The notes below the pieces were generated by a model that ran no database searches, was not told the DNA's origin, and was given only the letters and a program-made list of their open reading frames with translations. Position numbers and translations under genes: made by a program. This document shows, one piece after another, positions 1 to 10,506 of a stretch of 64,000 nt of DNA. Each line of letters starts with the position of its first letter. Position 1 is the stretch's first letter. The stretch is from an uncultured Planctomycetaceae bacterium (GTDB lineage: Bacteria > Planctomycetota > Planctomycetia > Planctomycetales > Planctomycetaceae): assembly GCA_963813715.1 (NCBI GenBank), contig CAWFAK010000018.1, positions 1 through 64,000 of the forward strand. Direction: 5' to 3'.

Positions 1-39
1 CTAATCCGTCGGTCGCAGGTTCGAATCCTGCCGGGCGTA
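1..39 (+). tRNA. 3' half of tRNA-Arg (anticodon YCT, truncated by window start)
   Basis: Anticodon-loop end CTAA, then T-arm GCAGG-TTCGAAT-CCTGC (15-31), acceptor 3' strand CGGGCGT and discriminator A; no encoded CCA. The first anticodon base is outside the window. Confidence 0.85.
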
Positions 40-102
40 TTGATTGCGAGCTCAGCAACTTCCTCTTTGCCGCAGGTTCGAGTCGGCAGTGAATCGACAA
101 CT

Positions 103-1227
103 TTAGCGGCCGGATTCGGCGACAAGGGTCGACTTGACGAAGTCTTCGTTCAGCGTCACTCCTAGCCCGGGGCCGTCCAGGACGCGGATCGTGCCGTCGA
201 CGGCTTGGACTTTTTCGACCGTCAGCTCGTGACGCAGCGGAAGATCCTCCACGCAATCCTCGAACAGGAAGGCATCGCGGCACGTGGCGAGCCAGTGCAG
301 GCTGGCGGCGACCGTCAGTGGGCTCGTGTAGCAGTGGTTGCAAAGGCGAGCGCCGATTTCTTCGACCCGGTTCTTGATATACGCCGCGTCGGTGAATCCG
401 CACCGCGAGAGGTCGACTTGATAGACGTCGAGCGCGTGACGATCGATGAGGGGCCGAAATGACTCGCGGCCGCACTCGCCTTCGCCGGCGGCGATCGGGA
501 CGGGCGAGCGATCGCGCAGCCAGACGTAGCCGTCCACGTCGTCTTGCCGCAGGGGCTCTTCGAGCCAGCCGATGTTGTAGTCGGCAAACTGGTGGGACCG
601 CCGCAACGCCGTGCGCGCATCCCACACCAGGCCGGCGTCGACGAGCAACGTTGCCTCGTCGCCGAGCCCCGCGCGGGCGCCCCGCACGAGTTCGAGATCC
701 AGCGCCTCGGATTTCCCCATCGGCTCCCAGCCGAATTTCACGGCGCGATAGCCGGCTTCGCGCCAGCGGCGTCCGATGTCGGCCGTTTCTTTGCCGTCGC
801 GCCCGAATAGGATCGACGCGTACGCGGGGATCGCGTCGTGCCGTTTGCCGCCCAGCAGGCGGTGAATCGGCTCTCCGAAGTGCTTGCCCTTCAAATCCCA
901 GAGAGCCATATCGACGGCCGCCATCGCGGTGATCGTGACCGAAGTCCGGCCGAAGTAGACGGTGCCGGCCAGCATCTTCTGCCACAGTCGCTCGGTTTCG
1001 AGCGGGTTCTCGCCGATCAAGAGTTCGCGCAGCCCGCAGGCGATGTTGTGGCTGAAGGGAGCGTCGATGATCGCCTTGACGACTTCGGGAGACGAATCGG
1101 CTTCCCCGATTCCTTCAGTTCCGTCGTCGGCGCGAACCCGCACGAGGACCGCGTCCTGGCAGCTCGCGGTTTTGGCGGCCACGTTTCCGACCCGCAAAAC
1201 CTGACAAATCACCTGAGTGATCTTCAC
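103..1227 (-). CDS. Mandelate racemase/muconate lactonizing enzyme family protein (enolase superfamily)
   Basis: GTG start after GAGGA, overlapping the MFS stop (GTGA). Motifs GIGEA, AAVDMALWDLKGK..G.PIHRLLGG, and metal ligands in LVDAG, WLEEP, AAGE. The 818-aa ORF in the track is an artefactual fusion. Confidence 0.9.
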   Translation of the reverse strand: MKITQVICQVLRVGNVAAKTASCQDAVLVRVRADDGTEGIGEADSSPEVVKAIIDAPFSHNIACGLRELLIGENPLETERLWQKMLAGTVYFGRTSVTITAMAAVDMALWDLKGKHFGEPIHRLLGGKRHDAIPAYASILFGRDGKETADIGRRWREAGYRAVKFGWEPMGKSEALDLELVRGARAGLGDEATLLVDAGLVWDARTALRRSHQFADYNIGWLEEPLRQDDVDGYVWLRDRSPVPIAAGEGECGRESFRPLIDRHALDVYQVDLSRCGFTDAAYIKNRVEEIGARLCNHCYTSPLTVAASLHWLATCRDAFLFEDCVEDLPLRHELTVEKVQAVDGTIRVLDGPGLGVTLNEDFVKSTLVAESGR

Positions 1228-2559
1228 GACGGATTCCTCATTTCGTCCACGGAGAATTCCTGCGACCCCGGACGCACGCCGAGCCACATCGACGCGCCGA
1301 CGACCGAGATCGCGCCGGCCACGGCGAGGCTCGCACGCCAACCGCTTGCGGCACCAAGGTAGCCCCCAAAATACGTGCCCAACCAGGGCGTCGCGATCGG
1401 CGAGAGGAACCCGCCGGCATTGCCTCCCAAGTTCATCATTCCTGCCGCAAGACCGCCGCGGGATCGGCCGAGCTGAACGGCCGTCGTCCAGAACGCGGCT
1501 TCGCACATTCCCAGGAGGGCTGCCGAGATTGCGAACGCGCTCACCATCACGCGCGAATCGGAGCCAAGCAATCCCAGCTCGAAGACCACGCCGCTGGCAA
1601 CCATACCCCACGCGGAAACGAGTCCCCGTCGGGAGCGACCGCTGGCGTGCGGCGGAATGCGATCCGCCAGCCAGCCGCCGAAAACCATCCCGAAACCCAT
1701 CGTGAGCGTAATGCCCGTCGAATAGAGCCGCGGCGTGTCCGCGCCCAAATGTTCGACGGTGCCGATGTAATACTGAATCCAGTAGAAGAACAGGTATTGG
1801 AAATACCCAAGGGCGGCGTAGCTCAGCGTGAGGCAAATCACGCCAGGATCTCGCAAGACCTGCCAGATGTCGTGCTCGGCAAGCGCGTGGGGCGCGGCTG
1901 TCGACGTGCGCGTCGACTCGTTCTGTGTCGATCGCGTTCCCCAAACCCAGACCAACGCCGACGAGCAGCGTGAACCAGCCGGTTATCAAAAATGCCGTGG
2001 GCCAGCCGAATCGTGCGGCCAGTAGGCCAAAGCCATAGTAGGTCGCCGAAATTCCCAAGCATGCGGAAAACGTCACCAGGCCATTGGCAAACGACTTCGC
2101 GCGGAGCGGCACTTCGGCGTAGACCATGCGGGCAGCCGCCGGATGCAGGGGAGCGTTGACGATCCCCATCAGCGAGCGGACGACGAGTAGTCCGAACAAG
2201 AGTGCAGTGGCAGTCGGCGAAAAAAGTCCGACCGCGCTCGTGCCGGCAACGAAAATCGCCGAACCAAAACAAAGAATGATCAGGGTGGCCCGCGCTCCCA
2301 CCCGATCGATGAGCCAACCGGCCGGCAGCATGGCCAGCGTGTAGAACAGCAGAAATGCGGAATAGACCCAGCCCATCCGCGTTTCGCTGATGCCCGACTC
2401 GCCAATGATGTGTTCGGCCCCCGCGACCGAAATGGCGACGCGATTGAATTGGGCCGAACCGACGACAAGCATCAGCAGTCCGACAATCGGCCACCAAGGA
2501 CGGGGCGGCCGTTCGGACACTTCTACGTTCGCCAATTTGCTGCTGTCGGCGGTCGCCAT
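1224..2559 (-). CDS. MFS transporter (ACS/sugar-acid type), one frameshift near 1955
   Basis: N-half has FNRVAISVA and GWLIDRVGAR; C-half (ORF 1224-1955) has GGWLADR and AAGMMNLGGNAGGFLSP; multiple hydrophobic segments. Confidence 0.85.
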
Positions 2560-2888
2560 CGTCGTACAGGTTCTTTACGAAGCAGGTTCCGCTCAACGCG
2601 TGCCACGAGGAACACGTGGTTGGGTGGACCGGTGGCCGGAGTGGAGAGTATGGGCTGTGCCTTTATCGCTCAGCCTTCGCACTTTCGCAATCGGGCCACG
2701 TTCGTGATCTAGGACGCCAAAATCCGCCTGCGATGCGGGAAATCACGGGACCCTCCCATGATCGGTCTTGCCTTCTCGCCGCTGCTCCTTGCCTCGCGGA
2801 GGAATCGGCAGCACACTCAGAAAATATCCACAGCAGGCACACGGCTTCGTTTGTCCTGCTTGAGGCGGCGCGTCGGGAGTTTTACGGC

Positions 2889-4073
2889 ATGTCTGGCGAG
2901 GCGCTGACGATTTTGCACGTCGACATGGACGCGTTCTATGCGTCCGTCGAGCAGCGCGATCGGCCGGAGCTGCGTGGGGAGCCCGTGATTGTCGGCGGGC
3001 TCGGTGGGCGCGGCGTGGTTTGTGCCGCGTCGTACGAGGCGCGGCCGTTCGGCGTGCACAGCGCGATGCCGATTTCTCAGGCCCGGCGGCTCTGCCCGCA
3101 GGCCGTCTATTTGCCGGTACGCATGTCGCACTACGCGCAGATCGGCCGGCAGATTCGCGAAATTTTGCTTTCGTTTACGCCGCTGGTCGAGCCGTTAAGT
3201 CTGGACGAGGCCTTCCTGGATGTGGCCGGTTGCGAAACGCTGTTCGGATCCGCGGCGGAGATTGCGACGCAGATCAGGGAGCGCGTCAAGAGCGAGACCG
3301 GGCTGACAGCCTCGGTCGGCGTCGCGCCAAACAAGTTTCTTGCCAAGCTGGCCAGCGATCATGGCAAGCCCAACGGGCTGGTCGTCGTCGCGCCCGATCG
3401 AGTCGGCGAATTTCTGGACCCATTGCCGGTCGGCCGCATCTGGGGCGTCGGCAAAAAAGCGGAAAAACGACTCAACACGTTGGGCATCCAAACGGTCGGA
3501 CAACTGGCCCGGCTCTCCGAGCCTGATCTCGTCGCGAACTTTGGCGAGCTGGGCGAACACTTTCGGCAACTGGCCAACGGAAACGACGGTCGCCGCGTCG
3601 TGCCGGATCGGGAGGCCAAATCGATCAGCACCGAGACGACCTTCGCCAAAGACATCAGCGATCGGCAGCTCTTGCGTGATTGGCTCCTCGATCTGACCGA
3701 TCAATTGGCCGCTCGTCTGCGGCACGCCGGTTTGCGGGCACGCACGGTCGAACTCAAGATTCGGTCGTCGGACTTTCGCACGCGTCACCGTGCCCAGGCC
3801 CTGCCGGAGGCGACCAACGCGACCGACCTGTTGTGGCAAACGGCCAAAGCCATCCTCGAGCAAGGCCTGACGCGCGAGATGCTGCCGTTGCGACTGCTCG
3901 GCGTCGGAGCCACGCGGCTGACCGGTGAAGCGGCCGCCCAACGCAGCCTGTTCGACGCGGCCGAGCGCGATCGCCAAAAGTCGCTCGATCAGACCGTCGA
4001 CGCCATTCGCAAACAGTTCGGCTCGACGTCCGTCCGCCGCGGGGCCTCGTTCGGTCGATCCGATCGCGAATAG
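2889..4073 (+). CDS. dinB: DNA polymerase IV (Y-family)
   Basis: ILHVDMDAFYASVEQ, AASYEARPFGVHSAM, VEPLSLDEAFLD, SVGVAPNKFLAKLASD, little-finger RLLGVG. Confidence 0.95.
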   Translation: MSGEALTILHVDMDAFYASVEQRDRPELRGEPVIVGGLGGRGVVCAASYEARPFGVHSAMPISQARRLCPQAVYLPVRMSHYAQIGRQIREILLSFTPLVEPLSLDEAFLDVAGCETLFGSAAEIATQIRERVKSETGLTASVGVAPNKFLAKLASDHGKPNGLVVVAPDRVGEFLDPLPVGRIWGVGKKAEKRLNTLGIQTVGQLARLSEPDLVANFGELGEHFRQLANGNDGRRVVPDREAKSISTETTFAKDISDRQLLRDWLLDLTDQLAARLRHAGLRARTVELKIRSSDFRTRHRAQALPEATNATDLLWQTAKAILEQGLTREMLPLRLLGVGATRLTGEAAAQRSLFDAAERDRQKSLDQTVDAIRKQFGSTSVRRGASFGRSDRE

Positions 4074-4154
4074 ACACCGGACTTCCGGTGCCGGCCTGTT
4101 GCCGCGCGACGGCAGGCCACAGGTGCCGACCACTCGTGCGAGCCAAACTCGGAA

Positions 4155-7100
4155 TCACGCCGCGACGGTCAGCGTGAAGGTCTGCGTCACGTCTGTATCG
4201 ACGCCATTCATCGCGGTGATCGTGATCGTGTAAGTGCCGGCCGTCCCGGCATCAGGCGTGCCGCTGAGCAAGCCCGTCGTGTCGTTGAAGGTGACGCCGG
4301 TGGGCAGCGCCCCGCCTTCCGCGAACGTGGGCGCCGGGAAGCCGTTGGCGGTCACGTTGAACGAGCCAAAACTTCCCTGCGTGAACGTCGTTGCATTGAC
4401 GCTCGTGATCGACGGCGCTTGGAGCACGACCAGCGTGAACGATTGCGGGGCTCCCGTGCCGGCCGCGTTCATCGGCGTGAACTGCAGCGAGTAACTCCCG
4501 CCGCTGCCTGACAGGGGCGTTCCGCTCAGCACGCCGGTCGTGGTGTCGAACGACAGGCCGCTGGGCAACGTGCCCGCCTCCGCGAACTTCGCCGCGGGGA
4601 ATCCGCTGGCCGTGACGGTGAAGGTGCCGCTGGTGCCGACGGTGAACGTTGCGGTATTCACGCTCGTGATCTGTGGGACTTCGTTGACGACGAGCGTGAA
4701 GGTCTCGGTGGCGTTGGGGCTGACGCCGTTAGTGGCCGTGATCGTCACGGGGTACGAACCGCCGGTGCCCGTCTCCGGCGTTCCGCTGAACGTGCCGGTG
4801 TTGGGGGTAAAGGAAACGCCCGTCGGCAGCGTTCCGCTTTCGCTGAGGGAGACGATCGGAAATCCCACGGCCGTCACGTTGAACGATCCCGGCGTGCCGA
4901 CGGTAAATACCGTGGTGTTCGCGGTCGTGAACGTCGGCGCCTGGTCAACGAGCAACGTGAAGACTTGGGTCACGCCGTTGCCAACCGAGTTCACGGGCGT
5001 CAGGTCGAAGGTATACGTGCCGGACGTGCCCACCGCGGGAGTGCCGCTGAAGACTCCGGTCGTCGCGTTGAAGGAAACTCCGTTGGGCGGAGTCACCGTT
5101 CCCGTGAATATGGCGGCCGGGAATCCATTGGCCGTGACCGTGAACGTGCCGTTTTGTCCGACGATGAACGTCGTGCTATTCGCGCTGGTGATTGACGGCA
5201 CCTCGTTGACAACGAGGGTGAAGGTCTGGCTCGGTCCGGTGGCCACCGCGTTGACCGGGGTAATGGTCAACGAGTAGAGACCGCCGCTGCCGGGAAGCGG
5301 TGTCCCGCTGAGCGCGCCCGTGCTGTCGTTGAAAGAAAGTCCGCTGGGCAGAGTACCGCTCTCGGTGAAGGTGGGGGCCGGAAAACCGCTCGCCATTTCA
5401 GTGAAGGTTTGCGTCGTGTTCACCATGAAGGTGGCAGTCGCCGCGCTGGTGATTTGGGGAGCCTGCTGGACGACGATCGTAAAGATCTGCCCCAGGCCCA
5501 CACCGACGCTGTTCACCGGCGTGAAGGTGACCGAGTCCGTCCCGCCGGTGCCGGGCAACGGCGTGCCGCTCAACACGCCGGTCGGGCTGAATCCCAGCCC
5601 GGGAGGCAGCGTGCCGGCTTCATTGAAGGTCGGTGCCGGAAAACCGGTAGAGACCAACGAGAACGTGCCCGCGGTCCCCACGGTAAAGGTTGCCGTGTTG
5701 GTGCTCGTGATATTGGGAAGTTCGTCGACGATCAGCGTGAAGGTTTGCGTGACATTTGGGCTCGCACCGTTTGACGCCGTGAACGTCAGCGTGTACGTGC
5801 CGCCGGTCCCGGTCGCGGGCGTGCCGCTGATGGAGTCGGTTCCGGCGTTGAAGGAGAGCCCATTGGGCAGCGTCCCCGACTCGCTCAAAGTCGGCACAGG
5901 ATTTCCGGAAACGGTCGCCGTGAAGGTGCCTGCCGTCCCCACGACGAATGTGGCGCTGTTCGCGCTGGTGATCATCGGCGAAGTGACGACAATCAGATTG
6001 AAGTCCTGGTCGGCCGTCGCGCCTACCCCGTTCGAGGCGGTGAATATCACCGGGAAGGTGCCGATCGTTCCGCCGATCGGTGTGCCGCTCAGTACGCCTG
6101 TCGTGTCGCTGAACGTTACTCCCACCGGCAGGGTGCCGCTCTCCGTGAATGTCGGTGCCGGGAAGCCGGAGGCGGTCACGTCGAACGTGCCAGCAAGCCC
6201 GGCCGTAAACGTGGCTGCGTTTGCGCTGGTGAACGCCGGCGACTGATCGACGATCAGGCCAAAACTTTGAGTTGCGTTCGGGCTGAGGCCGTTGGCGGCG
6301 GTGATCGTCAACGGATAGGTGCCGCCGGTGCCGGTCTGCGGCGTTCCGCTGAGCGCGCCCGTTGCGTCGTTGAAGGTCACGCCGTTGGGCAGCGTTCCCG
6401 TTTCGCTGAAGGTTGGCGTCGGAGTGCCCGTCGCCGTGACCGTAAAACTGCCCGCGGTGCCGACGGTGAACGTGGTGCCGTTGGCGCTGCTGATGACTGG
6501 GGCCTGGTCGACAATGAGCGTGAAGGTCTGCGTCGTCCCCGTGCCGACGGAGTTGGAGGGCGTGAAGGTCAGGTCGTACACGCCGACAGTGCCCGCTTGC
6601 GGCGTTCCGCTGAGCACGCCCGTCGATGGATTGAACGAGACGCCGTTGGGCAACGTGCCGGTTTCGGCAAAAGTTGCGTCGGGAAATCCGTTGGCGGTGA
6701 CGGTGAACGTTCCGGCGACTCCCGTGGCGAAGGTGGTGCTGTTATTGCTGGTGATCGACGGCGTTTCATTGACTACGAGCAGGAAGTTCTGCGTCGCGTC
6801 CGGAGTCAAGCCGTTGGTGGCCGTGAACGTGAGATTGTAAATCCCACCACTGCCGGTTGAGGGTGTGCCGCTGAGCACGCCCGTGGCATTGCTGAACGAC
6901 AAACCGACCGGGAGCGTGCCCACTTCTGTGAATGTCGGTACGGGCATGCCGCTTGCCGTCACGGTAAAGCTGCCGTTTGTGCCGACCGTAAACGTCGTGG
7001 TGTTCGCGCTGGTAATTGCCGGGGCCGCGTTGACGATCAGCGTGAAGGCCTGCGTGGCTGCCGGGCTGACGCCATTCGCCGCGGTGATCTGCAGCGGATA

Positions 7101-8309
7101 AGTGCCGCTGGTGCCGGTTTGCGGCGTTCCGCTCAACGCACCGGTCGACATATTGAACGAGACGCCCGCAGGCAAAGCCCCTGTCTCGGTGAAGCTCGGT
7201 GCGGGGAAGCCGTGGGCCGCGACCGTGAACGAGCCGGCCGTGCCGACGACGAACGTCGTGCTGTTGGAGCTGACGATGCTCGGTGCCGCGTCGACGGTCA
7301 GCACGAAGGACTGGCTGGCATTCGGGCTGACGCCGTTGAAGGCGGCGAACGTCAACACATAGGTCCCACCGGTGCCGGGCAAAGGCGTGCCGCTCAATAA
7401 GCCGGTCCCGTCGTCGAAGACCACTCCGTTCGGCAGAAGTCCATTGCCCTGGAGGGTTGGCGTCGGGCTGCCGGTTGCCGTCACGGTGAAGGTGCCGTTG
7501 GTTCCGACAGTGAACGTCGTGTTGTTCACGCTGGTGATTGTCGGAGCCACGTTAACCGTGAGCGTGAAATCCTGCGTGGCGGCGGTGCCGATGCCGTTCG
7601 ACGCGGTGAAGACGAGCGGAAAGCTGCCGTTCGTCCCCGCCTGCGGCGTCCCGCTGAGCACGCCCGTCGACGGATTGAACGACACGCCCGCCGGCAGTGC
7701 GCCGCTCTCGCTCAGCGTCGGCGTCGGGAATCCGAGCGCAGTGACTGTGAAGGTGCCGGCCGTGCCGACCGCAAATGTCGTGGCGTTGCTGCTGGTGAAC
7801 GACGGGGCTTCGTCGACAGTCAGTACGAAGTTCTGGGTCGCGTTCGACTTCGTCCCGTTGAGCGCGGTAAAGGTCAGGTCGTAAGTGCCGCCGGTTCCCG
7901 GCAGCGGAGTGCCGCTGAGGATGCCGGTGGCATCGTCGAAGGTGACGCCGTTGGGCAAGAGCCCGTTTCCTTCGAATGTCGGGGTCGGCTTCCCGGATGC
8001 GGTCACCGAAAAGCTCGAACTCGTGCCGACCGTGAACGTCGTGCTGTTGCTGCTGGTGAAGGCCGGAGCCTGGCGCCCGCGGCTCGATGACGAGTCGGAT
8101 TGGTTTCCAGACCCGCCGCACATGGACGACGAATTCGACCGGGCCGACTCCGCGATGTGCGATAGCGACGAGGCGGAAAGGAGCGTGCGGATTTCGAGTT
8201 GCTCGATTCCCCAGGACGGACGCCACTGTCGCCGCCGCCGCGTGCGACCGCGGGGCCGAGGAGTGGGGAATTCGCCGGACGACACGTCGAGATGGTTCAA
8301 AAAGAGCAC
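4155..8309 (-). CDS. Large secreted/surface protein: LEPRxLL-type N-terminus plus 15 tandem putative Ig (He_PIG-like) domains
   Basis: Arg-rich leader then IEQLEIRTLLS; 15 units of about 87 aa (APxITSxNxTTFTVG...LPxGVxFxxxTGVLSGTP...QxFTLxV). Start codon approximate. Confidence 0.85.
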   Translation of the reverse strand: MLFLNHLDVSSGEFPTPRPRGRTRRRRQWRPSWGIEQLEIRTLLSASSLSHIAESARSNSSSMCGGSGNQSDSSSSRGRQAPAFTSSNSTTFTVGTSSSFSVTASGKPTPTFEGNGLLPNGVTFDDATGILSGTPLPGTGGTYDLTFTALNGTKSNATQNFVLTVDEAPSFTSSNATTFAVGTAGTFTVTALGFPTPTLSESGALPAGVSFNPSTGVLSGTPQAGTNGSFPLVFTASNGIGTAATQDFTLTVNVAPTITSVNNTTFTVGTNGTFTVTATGSPTPTLQGNGLLPNGVVFDDGTGLLSGTPLPGTGGTYVLTFAAFNGVSPNASQSFVLTVDAAPSIVSSNSTTFVVGTAGSFTVAAHGFPAPSFTETGALPAGVSFNMSTGALSGTPQTGTSGTYPLQITAANGVSPAATQAFTLIVNAAPAITSANTTTFTVGTNGSFTVTASGMPVPTFTEVGTLPVGLSFSNATGVLSGTPSTGSGGIYNLTFTATNGLTPDATQNFLLVVNETPSITSNNSTTFATGVAGTFTVTANGFPDATFAETGTLPNGVSFNPSTGVLSGTPQAGTVGVYDLTFTPSNSVGTGTTQTFTLIVDQAPVISSANGTTFTVGTAGSFTVTATGTPTPTFSETGTLPNGVTFNDATGALSGTPQTGTGGTYPLTITAANGLSPNATQSFGLIVDQSPAFTSANAATFTAGLAGTFDVTASGFPAPTFTESGTLPVGVTFSDTTGVLSGTPIGGTIGTFPVIFTASNGVGATADQDFNLIVVTSPMITSANSATFVVGTAGTFTATVSGNPVPTLSESGTLPNGLSFNAGTDSISGTPATGTGGTYTLTFTASNGASPNVTQTFTLIVDELPNITSTNTATFTVGTAGTFSLVSTGFPAPTFNEAGTLPPGLGFSPTGVLSGTPLPGTGGTDSVTFTPVNSVGVGLGQIFTIVVQQAPQITSAATATFMVNTTQTFTEMASGFPAPTFTESGTLPSGLSFNDSTGALSGTPLPGSGGLYSLTITPVNAVATGPSQTFTLVVNEVPSITSANSTTFIVGQNGTFTVTANGFPAAIFTGTVTPPNGVSFNATTGVFSGTPAVGTSGTYTFDLTPVNSVGNGVTQVFTLLVDQAPTFTTANTTVFTVGTPGSFNVTAVGFPIVSLSESGTLPTGVSFTPNTGTFSGTPETGTGGSYPVTITATNGVSPNATETFTLVVNEVPQITSVNTATFTVGTSGTFTVTASGFPAAKFAEAGTLPSGLSFDTTTGVLSGTPLSGSGGSYSLQFTPMNAAGTGAPQSFTLVVLQAPSITSVNATTFTQGSFGSFNVTANGFPAPTFAEGGALPTGVTFNDTTGLLSGTPDAGTAGTYTITITAMNGVDTDVTQTFTLTVAA
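4158..8072 (-). repeat. 15 diverged tandem repeats of about 261 bp (Ig-like domains)
   Basis: Counted from the translated repeat starts; 15 x 87 aa accounts for nearly the whole ORF. Confidence 0.85.
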
Positions 8310-8548
8310 GAGCCGCACTTCCGCCGTTAGTGACCAGGAATTCGCGTGTGCCGTGAAGCACAAGCGAGGCGCGCGGAGAGCCCGGTCCGCGAGCGGATTA
8401 AGCGGCGGTCATTATTCCCCCTGAATCGCGTAATTTCAACCGCAAAGCTTGCGCAGCTCTCCTCCGCCAGTGATTCATCCCGGTCCTCGTAACACGATGA
8501 GCCGACTCAAATTTCGCAGATTTCCACACACGGAGGCCGCCGCGGGCG

Positions 8549-9823
8549 TCACCTGCCAACGTCGAGGCATTTAAGCGTGTGGTCGTCGCGGGCGTAGACG
8601 CGGCCGGCGGCGAGCGCGGGCAGGGCGAACGTTTTGGCGTTGAAGACTTGGGCCGAGGCCAGCTCGGTGTATTGGGTCGGCGTGGCTTTGACCAATACGA
8701 AGGTGCCGTCGGTCTTTTGCACGATCAGTTTGCCGTCGGCCCAGAGCAGCGTGGCATAGCCAAAATCGTCCTTCTCCCACACCACTTTCTGCTTGTCCGG
8801 GTCGATGCAGCGGAGGCTGGCTTGGCCCTGGTCGTCGCGGCCATGAATGCCGTAGAGCACACCGCCGTCGGCAATGCAGGTCGCGTACTGGCTCGAGATC
8901 AGGTCGTTCGATTCCCACAGTTTTTCCAGCGACGCCGCGCCGATCTTCGCGAAGACCGCGCCGATACCGTAACTGGCCGTCATGAACAGTCGGTCGCCCA
9001 TCACCGTCGGATTGGCTCCGTTGACGGTCGGCCCGCGCATGCCGAATTCCAGCTCCGAGCGGATCGCCCCGGTGTCGGGATTGAGCACGACCGTTTTGAG
9101 CCGCGTCTCGACGATCACGTTCCGCACGCCATTCACCGTGACGGCGATGGGCGAGGAATAGCTGGCGTCTTCGTGGGTCACGTTCCAGACGGGCTTGCCA
9201 GTGTCGAGCGCGAAAGCGACGATCCCCGCTCCAGTTTTCTTCCCGCCCACGTTCACAATGACCTTATCCCCCTCGACGATCGGCGAACTCCCCGCGCCGA
9301 AATAGCCTTCGCCTACCCGAAATTCGGCATGCGTGTCGCGAGCCCAGAGTTTCTTGCCATCGGCCAGGCGCACACAGGTGAGGTTTCCCTGCACGCCGAA
9401 GGCGATCACCCGGTCGCCGTGAATGATGGGCACGCAGCGCGGCCCATCGTCCGGCGAGATGCCCGAGACGTAGGACGTGGGAATCGCGTACTTCCATGAC
9501 GACTTGCCGGTCTTCGCCGCGAAGGCTTCAACGACTTCTTCGCTCTCGACGCGATGAAAAAGCACACCCCGCTCGCCGACCACGGCCACACCCGCGTACC
9601 CCCGCCCGACCGGCCGCTCCCACACGACCTTCGGTCCACCGGCCGGCCAAGCGTCGGCCAGCGATTCATGCTCGGCGCGGCCATCGCGATGCGGGCCCAG
9701 AATCTGCGGCCAGTCGCCGGCGTGTGCCGTGGTCGTCCACAGCCCACGGACCGTGAGGCACGCTGCGATTAGGATCAGAGTCCACCGGACTCTCGCGCCC
9801 TTCCGCGGATCGAATGCCGCCAT
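8549..9823 (-). CDS. PQQ-binding-like beta-propeller protein (planctomycete BamB-like family)
   Basis: Signal peptide ending AHA-GDWPQILGPHRDG; W...GPKVVWERPVGRGYAG; repeated G..xW blades; SYSSPI. Confidence 0.85.
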   Translation of the reverse strand: MAAFDPRKGARVRWTLILIAACLTVRGLWTTTAHAGDWPQILGPHRDGRAEHESLADAWPAGGPKVVWERPVGRGYAGVAVVGERGVLFHRVESEEVVEAFAAKTGKSSWKYAIPTSYVSGISPDDGPRCVPIIHGDRVIAFGVQGNLTCVRLADGKKLWARDTHAEFRVGEGYFGAGSSPIVEGDKVIVNVGGKKTGAGIVAFALDTGKPVWNVTHEDASYSSPIAVTVNGVRNVIVETRLKTVVLNPDTGAIRSELEFGMRGPTVNGANPTVMGDRLFMTASYGIGAVFAKIGAASLEKLWESNDLISSQYATCIADGGVLYGIHGRDDQGQASLRCIDPDKQKVVWEKDDFGYATLLWADGKLIVQKTDGTFVLVKATPTQYTELASAQVFNAKTFALPALAAGRVYARDDHTLKCLDVGR

Positions 9824-9838
9824 CCTTCGGGTCTTTCG

Positions 9839-10347
9839 TCAACTGTTTGGAGTTACCTGATCGGACGCCCTGTTGTCCCGGGGATTGTGCCAACTCAAGA
9901 GCGCGGCCGCGACCGCGCACAGGGCGAGGTCACAGACGTTGATCACGATCGACGCGCGATGATAGGCCGCAAATGCTTCCGCCCGCGCCCGTCCCACCGG
10001 CACAATCATCCCCACGATCGGCAGATAGATGGCAAAATAATCGGCCACCAAGAGCCCAAGGACCAGCACTAACAGCCAGGCTGCCGCTGCCACCTGTGTG
10101 CGCCCCGACGCCTGCCGCTGCCCCTTGGTCCGGCCCAGCAGCGCGACGACGGTGCCCGCAAGCGCCACCGAGATCAAAACGAACCCGCCAGCGTAATAGG
10201 CCGGGAACCTCAAGAGCGCCAGCGTGTCCTTGGTCGCAGAGTCGAATCCCGGATGCTGCACCTCGCGGACGGCGATGATCACGAACAAGATCGCGCCCCC
10301 ACCCAGGCCGCGGACGCCAAGCGGGCGACGAGCAAACCTAATCGCAT
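9839..10347 (-). CDS. Four-TM membrane protein (DUF4149-like), frameshift at G-run near 10298
   Basis: MRLGLLVARLASAAWVG joins GAILFVIIA if one G is added to a 5-G run; C-terminal AFAAYHRASIVIN. Confidence 0.65.
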
Positions 10348-10506
10348 CCGGGAAATTGCCTCTTCAATTTTGACGCGGAAGCCGGCAAGCTAAGAGAGCC
10401 TCGGACAGTATAGCGAAGGACCGCTCAGCCTCCGAGGTCGTGGGCGGCATGAACCTGCCGCTGAGGTCGCCTCATCCCGCGCTCGCCGCATTCCGGAGAT
10501 GCCGAA

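Noticed and set aside
103..2559. Apparent 818-aa MFS-enolase fusion
   Set aside because: The middle is out-of-frame nonsense; the MFS C-half lies in another frame and the enolase has its own RBS and GTG start.
40..4073. tRNA-anchored genomic island or mutagenesis cassette around dinB
   Set aside because: No integrase, imuA/imuB/dnaE2 or compositional shift; no SOS box I could support.
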